A DNA stretch of 64,000 nucleotides from Phycisphaerae bacterium (GTDB taxonomy: Bacteria; Planctomycetota; Phycisphaerae; UBA1845; Fen-1342): contig JASFQK010000029.1 of assembly GCA_050115495.1 (NCBI GenBank), positions 1-64,000 on the forward strand, in the 5' to 3' direction. Below, piece by piece: positions 7,357 to 21,909 of the stretch; position 1 is the stretch's first letter; the number at the start of each line of letters is the position of its first letter. Under the pieces are notes generated by a model. It was not told where the DNA came from and made no database searches. It worked only from the letters and a program-made list of their open reading frames with translations. The position numbers were made by a program, and so were the translations under genes.

Positions 7357-8886
7357 ATGGCGAAGCACAAACGCGAACGACAGGGCTTCCGCCTTTTCAG
7401 ACCAACGTACAAGGACCACGCCGGCAACCGGCACGAAACCGCGCACTGGTACGTTGAATTTCGCGACCATTTGGCGACGGTCCGGCGGTTGCCCGCATTC
7501 GCCAGCAAGAATGCCAGCGCGGAGCTGGGCCGGAACCTCGTGGCGCTCGTGTCCTACCACAAGGCCACCGGCGGTCAGGTTGACCCAGCGCTAACGGACT
7601 GGCTCGGGGGATTGCCCCAACGGACGCGGGACAAGCTCACCGAATACGGATTGCTCCCCGCCGAGCGTTCCGGCGCAGCGAAATTGCTCGCCGAGCACGT
7701 GCGAGACTGGCAGGCGGCGTTGACAGCGAAGGGCAACACGCCCGATTACGTGACGCTCAAGGCGTCGCGCGTGCTGAGGGTCTTCGACGGCGCGAAGGCG
7801 CGGCGCTACGGCGACATCCGCGGCAGTTGCGTTGCATCGTACCTCAACGACCTGCGAGCCGATCGGAAGGACGCTGACGGCACTGTGACCCGGGGCATTA
7901 GTGCGCAAACGTTCAACTTCTACCTGGGGGCAACGAAGCAATTCTGTCGGTGGATGCTCAAAGAGCGTCGCGCGGCGGAGAATCCGGTTGCTCACCTGGA
8001 CGCGCTCAACGTCAGGACCGACCGTCGGCACGACCGCCGCGCCCTTTCGGTGGATGAACTGAAAGCGCTACTTGACACGACACGTGAAGGCCCCGACCGT
8101 GAAGGCATGACCGGCAAGGAGCGCTACTGGTTGTATCGCGTCGCAGTGGAAACGGGACTGCGAGCAAACGAACTTCGCACCCTCACACGGGGAGCATTCG
8201 CACTCGGCGGCGACCGGCCGACGGTGACGGTGGCCGCGGCGTACAGCAAGCACCGTCGCGAAGACACGCTACCTCTTCGGCGTGCGACGGCCGCGGCGCT
8301 GGCAGACTTCCTCAACGGGCGTGCCGGGTCGGCTCAGGTGTTCGCGCTGACGCCGAGCCGCCACCACGCGGCGAAGATGTTCAAGGCGGACTTGGCCGCC
8401 GCCGGCATCGAATACCGCGACGACGCGGACCGCGTGGCCGACTTCCACAGCCTACGACATACCTTCATAACAAACCTCGCCAATGGCGGAGTTCACCCCA
8501 GGAAGGCGCAGGCGCTCGCGCGGCATTGCACGATCACGCTGACGATGGACCGCTACTCGCACGTCGTGCATGATGACCTGATGGGCGCACTCGACGCTCT
8601 GCCGGACTTGTCCGAGCCGACTCCCGAGCGCGCGCGTGCGACCGGAACGTACGACGCGACCGCAAGCCCTGGACCCCGAGCAGATGCCGATTCTGTCTTG
8701 GCGCTGCGCTTGGCGCAAAATGGACGGCGCGGGTCAATTCCGGTAGACTCGTGTGGACGCAAGTCGGGATCGCGCGACGATTCGCAAGTCGCGACGGATT
8801 CACGATTTCCCGCCAAAAACACGGGAAAGACAGCACATGGGAGAGGTGGCCGAGTGGCTCAAGGCGCCGGTCTTGAAAACCGGTGA
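7357..8886 (+). CDS. int: Tyrosine recombinase/integrase
   Basis: ETGLRANEL (R), DFHSLRHTF (HxxR), LARH, TMDRYSH (Y). The 3' end overlaps tRNA-Ser. Confidence 0.95.
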   Translation: MAKHKRERQGFRLFRPTYKDHAGNRHETAHWYVEFRDHLATVRRLPAFASKNASAELGRNLVALVSYHKATGGQVDPALTDWLGGLPQRTRDKLTEYGLLPAERSGAAKLLAEHVRDWQAALTAKGNTPDYVTLKASRVLRVFDGAKARRYGDIRGSCVASYLNDLRADRKDADGTVTRGISAQTFNFYLGATKQFCRWMLKERRAAENPVAHLDALNVRTDRRHDRRALSVDELKALLDTTREGPDREGMTGKERYWLYRVAVETGLRANELRTLTRGAFALGGDRPTVTVAAAYSKHRREDTLPLRRATAAALADFLNGRAGSAQVFALTPSRHHAAKMFKADLAAAGIEYRDDADRVADFHSLRHTFITNLANGGVHPRKAQALARHCTITLTMDRYSHVVHDDLMGALDALPDLSEPTPERARATGTYDATASPGPRADADSVLALRLAQNGRRGSIPVDSCGRKSGSRDDSQVATDSRFPAKNTGKTAHGRGGRVAQGAGLENR

Positions 8887-8924
8887 TGGGCAACCATCCG
8901 CGGGTTCGAATCCCGCCCTCTCCG
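8840..8924 (+). tRNA. tRNA-Ser(TGA)
   Basis: GGAGAGG/CCTCTCC acceptor stem, CTTGAAA anticodon loop, long variable arm, GGTTCGAATCC. CCA not encoded. Confidence 0.95.
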
Positions 8925-8932
8925 TCTCGCAG

Positions 8933-8968
8933 GAGCCCCGGGCCGCATGGTCTGGGGCTCGTTTCGTT
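8933..8968. terminator. Hairpin between convergent tRNA-Ser and the downstream gene
   Basis: GAGCCCCGGGCC-GCAT-GGTCTGGGGCTC followed by GTTTCGTT. Confidence 0.55.
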
Positions 8969-9010
8969 GGGGGGGTATGCTCCGCCGGAGTCGGCGGCCG
9001 GGGGATGTGG

Positions 9011-11374
9011 CTACGGCCCGGTGTATTCGGGCATGTTGGTCCAGCCGGGCGTTTCGGGGAGGGAGATGTCCGAGCGGATGACGCCGTTCTCGTTCATCTG
9101 GTGCTGCAGGTCGGTCTCGAGGAAGTAGCGCTTGCCGTCGGTACCCGTGTGGTCGCAGAACGGAGCCAGCCGGGGGTACATATCGCGGTGGATCTGAGCG
9201 TTGGTCTCGGCCCGGTTGCGGGTGATGTCGGCGTCGACCTGCTGGCAGAACCGATCGACGTCGATGATCACGCCTTCGGCCCGTTTCTTTAGCGCCAGGT
9301 ACTCGCCGATCCAGCGCATGTTGAACTGGATCGAGTTCACGATCGTCGCGATCACCGGACGCCACTGCTCGACCTCGTCGCGCGGCGCCCGCACACTCAG
9401 GCACAGCGGCGACGACCACATCGTGATCCCCGGCGTCTGCAGATAGCCCAGCACCGCGACGAACACTTCCTGCACCGGACGGCCGCCGAGTTCGTACTCC
9501 ACCGTGATCATCGCCGCCCGATGCGAGACGCCGCCGCCGAACATCCCCTGCAGCGCGGCGTTGACCGTGGCCGCATCACGGTCATACCGCTGCGCGAGCG
9601 ATTGCACCGGCTTGCTTTCCAGCACCCGCGCGCCGGGCAGGCCGCCACGCTGCTGCGGCACGACGACCTGCGTGATGTAGTCGGCCGGGTCCATGACCTC
9701 GGCCACGACGAACCCGCCGTAGTCGCTACCGGGCGGAAACGCGCCCATGTTGTACGCTGGAGAGCCGCGCAGGTCGGCGAAGTGCACCTCGGGATAAGCC
9801 TGGATCACGACCTGCCCGTCGGCGGAAACGACCTGGAAGTGCAGCACGGCCGGATTCACCAGGTCGACGCGGCTGAGCCTGGTCACGTCCTGCGTGTGGA
9901 TCTTCCACTCCACACCGCCATTGAACCGCCAGCCATTCGGCAGCAGCATGCGAAACACTTCGAGCGGCCGGCCGGCGGCATCGCGAAAGCCGCGTTCATC
10001 AACGCAACGAAACACCTCGTAGCTACCCGCGGCCAACGGCCTTCCGCCGGCGGGTCGGCCCACCTCCCGCGTGATCGGCGGTGCGCCCGGCGCAGCCGCT
10101 CCACCGCCGCCGCCCGTCCCGCCGCCCAGCGGGTTCGCCGGCTGGTCACCACCGAGCGGGTTATCGGGCTTGTCGCCGCCGAGCGGGTTCACCGGCGGCG
10201 GGGTCTTCTTCTGCAGCGTGTGTGTCTTGCCACCGGTGGTCAGCGTGAGCGTCGTCCCCGGCAGCGTTCCCTCGAAATCGAACCAGTGATCATCGCTCTG
10301 GAATTGTCCGCGGAGCGTGTTGCCGGTCGACGACGCCCGCACCGGAAACTCGCGCTCCCCCATCTTGATCGAACCGGTCCAACCGTCGGCCGTGCTGCTC
10401 AGCGTCAGCGTCAGCTCGGCGTTGCTGTACTCGCCCGCGAAATCCGTCTGCCCGGACGGCGCCGAGGTGGTCCCGGGCGACGACGGGCTGCCTCCGCCGA
10501 CCAGCCGGCCGTGCGACTCCAACACGATCTTGCCCGTCCCCTCGACATCCGCCTGCGGCAGGAGCTGCCCGTCTTCATCGGCCACGTAGATGATCCCACT
10601 GGTGACCACGTTGCCGGAGAGCTTCAGGCTGATCAATCGGCCCGCGGCGATGTCCATCTGCCCCTGGCCGCTGAGGTTGGACTCGGTCAGCGTGGCGATC
10701 CGCTGGCCGCCGCCTTCCTGAGCCTGCCCCTGTTTCAGCGTGATCTTGAATTCGATCTCAGCGATCTGGCGGCCCTGCTCGTTGCGGACGGCCTTCAACG
10801 TGCACGTGACCGAGCCCTCGTCCTCGGCAGCGAGCTCGAACGCACTGGCAATCGCCGACCTGTCCCAACTCCAGGACTCGCCGACGGCGATCGGCTGCCG
10901 CGGATAGGCGCCGTCGTCCACCTCGAAGAGGTTTTCGAAGACGCCTTCCACCTCGGGGTTCTCGGCCGACGCCGGCTCGTACTTGACCCCGCCGTCCGGT
11001 AGTCGCCGTGCCGTGACGGTCGTGCCCGCGCCGGGGAACTTGATCGACTGCGACTGGCCGTCCTGCAGAACCTGCGTGCCGCAATTCGGGCCGAACGTGA
11101 CGCGGGCGGCCGTCGGAGCACCGCCCTCCAGCGCCAGCACTTCCCACTCCAACTCCAGCGTATTGCGTGTCGACTGCTGATGACGCTCGAAGACCTGCTG
11201 GTTCACCTTGATGGCGGTCGTCATCTCGGCGGTGTTCGTCCGCTGCTCGCTCCAGCGCTCCCCGATCGCGAAGCGTGGTCGCAGCGTATAGCGCTCTTGC
11301 GCGACGGCAACCGCCGAGGCGACAGCGGCAAAGGTCAAAACGGCAACGGCGCCGACGGTCAGTCTACGCGACAT
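9011..11374 (-). CDS. Large secreted hypothetical protein
   Basis: Signal peptide MSRRLTVGAVAVLTFAAVASAVAVA, GGAGGA RBS, three NPLGG repeats in a linker. Confidence 0.8.
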   Translation of the reverse strand: MSRRLTVGAVAVLTFAAVASAVAVAQERYTLRPRFAIGERWSEQRTNTAEMTTAIKVNQQVFERHQQSTRNTLELEWEVLALEGGAPTAARVTFGPNCGTQVLQDGQSQSIKFPGAGTTVTARRLPDGGVKYEPASAENPEVEGVFENLFEVDDGAYPRQPIAVGESWSWDRSAIASAFELAAEDEGSVTCTLKAVRNEQGRQIAEIEFKITLKQGQAQEGGGQRIATLTESNLSGQGQMDIAAGRLISLKLSGNVVTSGIIYVADEDGQLLPQADVEGTGKIVLESHGRLVGGGSPSSPGTTSAPSGQTDFAGEYSNAELTLTLSSTADGWTGSIKMGEREFPVRASSTGNTLRGQFQSDDHWFDFEGTLPGTTLTLTTGGKTHTLQKKTPPPVNPLGGDKPDNPLGGDQPANPLGGGTGGGGGAAAPGAPPITREVGRPAGGRPLAAGSYEVFRCVDERGFRDAAGRPLEVFRMLLPNGWRFNGGVEWKIHTQDVTRLSRVDLVNPAVLHFQVVSADGQVVIQAYPEVHFADLRGSPAYNMGAFPPGSDYGGFVVAEVMDPADYITQVVVPQQRGGLPGARVLESKPVQSLAQRYDRDAATVNAALQGMFGGGVSHRAAMITVEYELGGRPVQEVFVAVLGYLQTPGITMWSSPLCLSVRAPRDEVEQWRPVIATIVNSIQFNMRWIGEYLALKKRAEGVIIDVDRFCQQVDADITRNRAETNAQIHRDMYPRLAPFCDHTGTDGKRYFLETDLQHQMNENGVIRSDISLPETPGWTNMPEYTGP

Positions 11375-11525
11375 GCTCTCGTCCTCCAGGCAGTCCACGA
11401 CCGGCGTCCCGGCTCGCGACCGCGAAAACCGATGATGCTCCTCGCTGGTCCCATTGTCGCGAGGCCCCGGGAGACGAGCAAGGCGGCAACGCCCCTCCGA
11501 ACTGTCGCCCGCCGGCGGCGTGCGC

Positions 11526-11568
11526 AAAAAAAGGGAGGCCCGGCGCTGCTTTCGCAACGCCGGGCCTC
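11526..11568 (-). terminator. Intrinsic terminator of the rRNA unit
   Basis: GAGGCCCGGCG...CGCCGGGCCTC stem followed by a T run on the minus strand. Confidence 0.85.
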
Positions 11569-11572
11569 AAAA

Positions 11573-11681
11573 GCCGGCGATAACCTACTCTTGCCCGATC
11601 AGGACTACCATCGGCCGTGTGAGCTTTACTACTGAGTTCGGAATGGGATCAGGTGTTTCCCCACACGTATGGTCACCGGCA
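11573..11681 (-). rRNA. rrf: 5S rRNA
   Basis: Conserved CCTGATCCCATTCCGAACTCAG on the minus strand, downstream of 23S. Confidence 0.93.
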
Positions 11682-11802
11682 GATCGTGTACCCGCCCGGC
11701 GCGGACGCCGGGCGAGGGTGACGCAAGTTCAAGGTGGAACGCGGGTAAAGGATCCGTACTCAACGAGGGGTACGGTTGATGAATCTCAGCGATTCATAAG
11801 CG

Positions 11803-14649
<2,847 letters not shown>

Positions 14650-14857
14650 ACGCTTATGAATAGCTGCGATCAGACCGTACCTGAGAACGAATCCGCGGCT
14701 TCGCCGCGAAACTCGACTCGGAGAGTAACGGATTCGATACCTGCGTATCCACCTATGAACTTGTCAAAGATCTCGCGACAGTTACCCGTCGCCCTGCCAT
14801 TCGCAGGCCCGCACGCACCCGCAGGTGCCCGGGGGCTTACGCCCGCCCGAACCGCAC

Positions 14858-14930
14858 TGGAGCCGACCGGGATCGAACCGGCAACCTCCGCGTTGCAAAC
14901 GCGGCGCTCTCCCGATTGAGCTACGGCCCC
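14858..14930 (-). tRNA. tRNA-Ala(TGC)
   Basis: GGGGCCGTAGCTCAATCGGGAGAGCG...TTTGCAA...GGTTCGATCCC. Confidence 0.95.
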
Positions 14931-15102
14931 GGAATCATCGAGACCAGGACACGCCTAGTCGCAACCACCGGAGCCTCAGGCGCCGCCGCCACGACCGACC
15001 GTCCATACCGCCACGACCAGGAACGCTCCCAGCAGCAGCATCGGCAGCCAGTCCGTCACGGCCATGCCTCCAGCGACTTCCCTGCCGCTTTCGCGGCAGC
15101 CA

Positions 15103-15176
15103 TGGGCCCGATAGGATTCGAACCTATGACCTCGTCCTTATCAGGGACGCGCTCTAACCAACTGAGCTACGAGCCC
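15103..15176 (-). tRNA. tRNA-Ile(GAT)
   Basis: GGGCTCGTAGCTCAGTTGGTTAGAGCG...CTGATAA...GGTTCGAATCC. Confidence 0.95.
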
Positions 15177-15315
15177 TACTGGTCGAGGCTCGCACCCGAC
15201 CACACTGGCCGGTACTCGTTGGTGCGCCCTGCCGCGTCGGAGTCGCCAGAGCTCACGAACCTCGGCTCACTCGGCCAGCCACCGGCGGCTGTCGCTCACC
15301 AGTGGCGAGCTACTT

Positions 15316-15343
15316 AATCTACCAGCCCGCCGATTTCTGTCAA
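15316..15343 (-). promoter_or_regulatory. Putative promoter of the tRNA-Ile/tRNA-Ala/23S/5S unit
   Basis: TTGACA-16 nt-TAGATT about 140 nt upstream of tRNA-Ile. Confidence 0.6.
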
Positions 15344-15875
15344 CGCCCCCCAACGCAAAAAAAGGGGTGGGTTCAAGAATCCCTGCCAAGCGAGAGTGGT
15401 GCCGAATCCGACCGACAAACATAACCATTTCAAAACAATGAACTTACATCACGGACACACGTGGCCTTTTCCCGCCCGCCACGAGCGGAAAACCCTCGAC
15501 TGAATTCGTCGCCGGCCACGCCATGGAAGCCGTCTGCCATCCGGCAGGCTTTCCACGCACGTCGCGTCGCCCACTCACCTCACCGCCCGCAACGCGGAAA
15601 CGGCGCGTAACCAACGGGCCTCAAACAGCTTCCACCATTCAGGGGACAGCGTTCCGCCCGCAACGCACCACGCGTCACTGCGCCCCGCCCTTTCGCAGAA
15701 GAGGCGCCGCCGCAACCGGCGCCGGTCCCTGAAGTCTGCAGCCCCGTCCACGAACGGTCGTCATTCCCTGCCAAGCACGTGCGGACTGAACAAGGGCGAA
15801 GCCCATGGTAAGATAAGGTGTACGTATCCCGTCTGGATGTTCGGGCTGAGGGGCCTCCGCAAGGAGGGCAGTCAC

Positions 15876-18800
15876 ATGTCGTTCGTCGTTGTCGTGGGCA
15901 TTTCCACACTCTGCCAGCTCGTGGCCGTCGTCCTGGCGATGCGATTGACACGCACGACCGGTTGGCGCGTCGCGTGGTGGCCAATCGCCGGCGCCGTAGC
16001 GCTCTCCGCCGGCCGGCGCTGCGTCGTGCTCAGTACGGCGCTGGCGGGTGGCGCCGTGCGGCCGTTCGACGCGCCGGCAGAGATGATGGCACTCACGCAC
16101 TCTGTCCTCATGCTTACCGGCATCACCGCGCTCGGACCGCTGTTGGCGGCGGCGCGGCGAAACAAAGCCGCGCTCCTCGAACGCGAGCGCCACTACCATC
16201 AGCTCTTCGACCTCAACCCCGACGCGCTGTTCATACTCGACAGAGGCGGACACCTTCTCGACGTGAACCGCGCGGCCGAGACGCGCTACGGCTACACGCG
16301 TGAGGAATTGCTGGGGATGACGGCGCACGATCTCGCCGCGCCAAACTTGCGGGAAGAAACGCCGGCACGCGTCCGCCATGCAATCGAGACCGGAGCGCGG
16401 TTCGACTGGCGGCAACGCTGCAAGAACGGTGAGGAGCTGGAAGTCGAAATCGCGGCGCAACCGATCGTCGTCTCCGGCGAACCCGCGATTCTGTCGAGCG
16501 CCCATGACAACACCGAACGTCTGCGGGACGCGCGACTGCACCACGAGCGTGAGCGACTGCTTCGGGAAATGAGCCACATCGCGAAGATCGGTGCGTGGGA
16601 ATTCCATCCGGCGACCGGCGCGGGTACCTGGACCGAGGAAACTGCTCGCATCCACGAGCTCGATCCAGACGCCGAAACGAGCGTGTCCCTGGGCCTCAGC
16701 CACTATCGCGGCGAATCTCGCCGCCTCATCGAAGCCGCCATCAAGCGAGCCACGGAAGAAGGGGAGCCTTACGACCTGGAGCTGGAGCTGACCACCGCGA
16801 AAGGCAATCGGAAGTGGGTACGCGCGATTGCCCATCCCATCATGGAGGGCGGCCGGGTCGTACGGATTCGCGGCACGTTCCAGGACATCACGCGGCGGCG
16901 AGCGGCAGACGAAACACTGCGCAGAAAGAACCGGGCGCTGAAGGCGATCAGCGAGTGCGACGAAGCGCTCATCCACGCTGCCGACGAAGCTGTATTGCTG
17001 CAGAGCATCTGCCGCATCGCCGTGCAGCATTGTGGGTATCGGCTGGCCTGGGTCGGTTTCGCCGAGCACGACGACGGTCGGCATGTCCGGCCCGTCGCCC
17101 AGGCTGGTTTTGAGGATGGTTACCTGGACCATGCCGACATCACGTGGGCGGACACGGAGCGCGGCCGTGGCCCAACCGGCACCGCCATCCGCACAGGCCG
17201 ACCCGTCGTCGTCCGCGACATCCCCGGCGATCCCGCGTTCGCCCCCTGGCGAGCCGCTGCCGTGGAGCGCGGCTACGCCTCTTCGGCAGCCTTACCCTTG
17301 AAGATCGATGACGCGGTCATCGGGGCCCTGAACCTGTACGCCAGCGAGCCTGACGCCTTCGACGCCGAGGAGCAGGCGCTGCTGATCGAACTGACCAACG
17401 ACCTGTCGTACGGCCTCGGCGTCGTGCGTACGCGTGAGGCTCGCACGCGGGCCGAGAGCGCCCTGCTTCAGGAGCGGCAATTCCTCGCCGCCGTGCTGGA
17501 CAACATCGACGAGGCCGTCGTCGCCTGCAACCCTGAGGGCGTACTGACACGATTCAACCAGGCAGCCCGACGGGTGCACGGCCTGGGCGAAGGACCGACG
17601 ACGCCGGACCACTGGGCCGAGCAGTACAACCTCTATCACGCGAACGGGGAGCCGCTGTTGAAGAATGAGGTTCCGCTGTATCGCGCCCTGCAAGGCGAGC
17701 ACGTACGCGGCTTCGAGATGATGATCGCTCCGCCGGCTGGCCCGGCCCACGTGCTGGTGGTCAACGGCCAACCGATGTTCGACGCCGACGGTGAGCTCCT
17801 GGGCGCCGTCGCCGCCATGCACGACATCACCGACCGCAAGCGGGCGGAGGACGAGCTACGTCACAGCGAGCGTGTGCTCCGCCTGTTTGTCGAGCATTCG
17901 CCGGCGGCGATCGCCATGTTCAACAACGACATGAAGTACATCGTCACCAGCCGCCGCTTCCTCTCGGACTACCACCTCGGAGAGCAGGACCTGACCGGCC
18001 GCTCTCACTACGACGTGTTCCCGGAAATGCCGCAGCGCTGGGTGGACATCCACCAGCGGTGCCTGGCGGGTGCCGTCGAGCGGTGCGAGGAGGACCCCTT
18101 CCCGCGTGTCGACGGCAGCTTCGACTGGGTGCGGTGGGAGATCCACCCCTGGCGCGAATCGACCGGCGAGATCGGCGGCATCATCCTCTTCTCTGAGGTC
18201 GTCACCGATCGCAAGCAGGCCAGAGAGGCGCTCGCCCAGCAGGCACGCATCGCCCGCATCTTCCTCGCCGGTTCCGACGAGGAGGTGTTCCGCGAGTTGC
18301 TGAGCCTCGTCCTGGACGTGACGCGGAGTCCCCACGGGATGGTCGGGTATACCGATGAGACCGGCACGCTCGTCGTGCCGAACACCACGGAGCCGTGGTG
18401 GAACGAGCGTCGCGCCGTCGGCGGGACCATCCGCTTCCCCCGGGAAACCTGGGACGACTGCGTCTGGCTGAGCGCCCTCTGCCGCGCGACAACGCAATGC
18501 AGCAACGAAGCGACGCCAACGACATCGTCCGTTCAGGGGACGCCAGCGAGGTTTGCGAGCGTCCCCATCCAGTTCAAGGGCGAAGTCATCGGTCTCCTGC
18601 ACGTCGCCGGTCGCGACACCGATTACACCGAGGCAGACACACAGGCATTGGAGGCCGTCGCCGAACACGTCGCCCCTTTACTGAGCGCCCAGTTGGTCCG
18701 GGCAGCGGCCCAGCAGACCCTGCACACGCTCAATACCGAGCTCGAACAGCGGGTTCGCGAACGAACGGCCCAGCTCGAGGCGGCGAACCAGGAGCTGGAG

Positions 18801-19481
18801 GCGTTCTCCTATTCGGTGTCTCACGACCTGCGTGCTCCGCTTCGGGCCATGGACGGATATGCGAGGATCCTGGTCGAAGAATATGCGCCTCGGCTCGAGC
18901 CCGACGCCACCCGTTACCTCGAGCGTGTCCGCGTCAATGCCCGCCAGATGGGGCAGCTCATCGACGACCTGCTAGCCTTCTCACGGCTGACGCGGCACTC
19001 GGTGCAAACACGGCAGGTCGCCCTGGCTCCCCTGGTCCAGGAAGTGCTCGAAGACCTGCGCGAGTGGCAGCGGGACCGGCCAGTCGAGGTCACCTTAGGG
19101 GATCTACCTGACTGCGAGGCAGACCGCGGGCTCCTGAAACAATTGCTTACGAATCTGCTCGCCAACGCGCTAAAATTCACGCGGGGGCGGAACCCGGCCA
19201 GGGTCGAGGTCGGTGCCCGTCAGGACGGCGATGAGACTGTCTATTTCGTGAGAGACAACGGCGTAGGCTTCGACATGCGCTACGCGGATAAGCTGTTCGG
19301 CGTCTTCCAGCGTCTGCACCGCACAGAGGATTACGAGGGAACCGGCGTTGGCCTGGCCATCGTTCAGCGCATTGCGCGCCGCCACGGAGGACGCGTCTGG
19401 ACGGAGGCTGAGCCAGAGAAAGGTGCCACGTTCTATTTCACGGTGAAAGGTGGGACTCGCGATGCCCCCGGGACCGGTTGA
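15876..19481 (+). CDS. Membrane PAS/GAF sensor histidine kinase
   Basis: N-terminal TMs, several PAS/PAC domains, two GAF domains, H-box [14 protein letters not shown], and NALKF/DNGVG/GTGVGL boxes. Confidence 0.93.
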   Translation: MSFVVVVGISTLCQLVAVVLAMRLTRTTGWRVAWWPIAGAVALSAGRRCVVLSTALAGGAVRPFDAPAEMMALTHSVLMLTGITALGPLLAAARRNKAALLERERHYHQLFDLNPDALFILDRGGHLLDVNRAAETRYGYTREELLGMTAHDLAAPNLREETPARVRHAIETGARFDWRQRCKNGEELEVEIAAQPIVVSGEPAILSSAHDNTERLRDARLHHERERLLREMSHIAKIGAWEFHPATGAGTWTEETARIHELDPDAETSVSLGLSHYRGESRRLIEAAIKRATEEGEPYDLELELTTAKGNRKWVRAIAHPIMEGGRVVRIRGTFQDITRRRAADETLRRKNRALKAISECDEALIHAADEAVLLQSICRIAVQHCGYRLAWVGFAEHDDGRHVRPVAQAGFEDGYLDHADITWADTERGRGPTGTAIRTGRPVVVRDIPGDPAFAPWRAAAVERGYASSAALPLKIDDAVIGALNLYASEPDAFDAEEQALLIELTNDLSYGLGVVRTREARTRAESALLQERQFLAAVLDNIDEAVVACNPEGVLTRFNQAARRVHGLGEGPTTPDHWAEQYNLYHANGEPLLKNEVPLYRALQGEHVRGFEMMIAPPAGPAHVLVVNGQPMFDADGELLGAVAAMHDITDRKRAEDELRHSERVLRLFVEHSPAAIAMFNNDMKYIVTSRRFLSDYHLGEQDLTGRSHYDVFPEMPQRWVDIHQRCLAGAVERCEEDPFPRVDGSFDWVRWEIHPWRESTGEIGGIILFSEVVTDRKQAREALAQQARIARIFLAGSDEEVFRELLSLVLDVTRSPHGMVGYTDETGTLVVPNTTEPWWNERRAVGGTIRFPRETWDDCVWLSALCRATTQCSNEATPTTSSVQGTPARFASVPIQFKGEVIGLLHVAGRDTDYTEADTQALEAVAEHVAPLLSAQLVRAAAQQTLHTLNTELEQRVRERTAQLEAANQELEAFSYSVSHDLRAPLRAMDGYARILVEEYAPRLEPDATRYLERVRVNARQMGQLIDDLLAFSRLTRHSVQTRQVALAPLVQEVLEDLREWQRDRPVEVTLGDLPDCEADRGLLKQLLTNLLANALKFTRGRNPARVEVGARQDGDETVYFVRDNGVGFDMRYADKLFGVFQRLHRTEDYEGTGVGLAIVQRIARRHGGRVWTEAEPEKGATFYFTVKGGTRDAPGTG

Positions 19482-19908
19482 GATCCTGCTCGTCGAGGAC
19501 AACCCCGACGACGTCGACATGACCCTTCGCACGCTGCGCAAGCACAACCTCGCCAATCACATCGAGGTGGCCCGCGATGGTGCCGAAGCCCTCGAGTTTC
19601 TGTTCGGCGAGAGCCCCGGCCGCAGCCGGCAGGACCAGCCCAAACTTGTCCTGTTGGATCTGAAGCTTCCCAAGGTTAACGGCCTGGAAGTGCTGCAACG
19701 GATCAAGAGCGAACCGAGCACGAGCGCTCTCCCTGTTGTCGTGCTCAGCTCCTCCGCTGAGGACCGCGACGTCCAGGAAAGCTACCGGCTGGGCGTAAAC
19801 AGCTACATTGTCAAACCTGTGGACTTCGAGCAGTTCTCCGGCGCCGTCCAGCAACTCGGCCTGTACTGGCTCCTGCTCAACAACCCGCCCACACAGAGCG
19901 CTTGCTGA
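19462..19908 (+). CDS. Single-domain response regulator (Rcp1-like)
   Basis: [24 protein letters not shown]. Confidence 0.93.
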   Translation: MPPGPVEILLVEDNPDDVDMTLRTLRKHNLANHIEVARDGAEALEFLFGESPGRSRQDQPKLVLLDLKLPKVNGLEVLQRIKSEPSTSALPVVVLSSSAEDRDVQESYRLGVNSYIVKPVDFEQFSGAVQQLGLYWLLLNNPPTQSAC

Positions 19909-19918
19909 GGATAAGGAC

Positions 19919-21886
<1,968 letters not shown>

Positions 21887-21909
21887 GCAAACGCGCCCCA
21901 GCATCCCCC

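Larger units (their letters stand above)
434..8884 (+). mobile_element. Integrated ~8.4 kb phage-satellite-like element in tRNA-Ser
   Basis: Flanking tRNA-derived direct repeats, plus a tyrosine integrase, XRE HTH, AlpA-like HTH, HTH replication initiator and DnaC-like ATPase. All genes are on the + strand. Confidence 0.85.
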
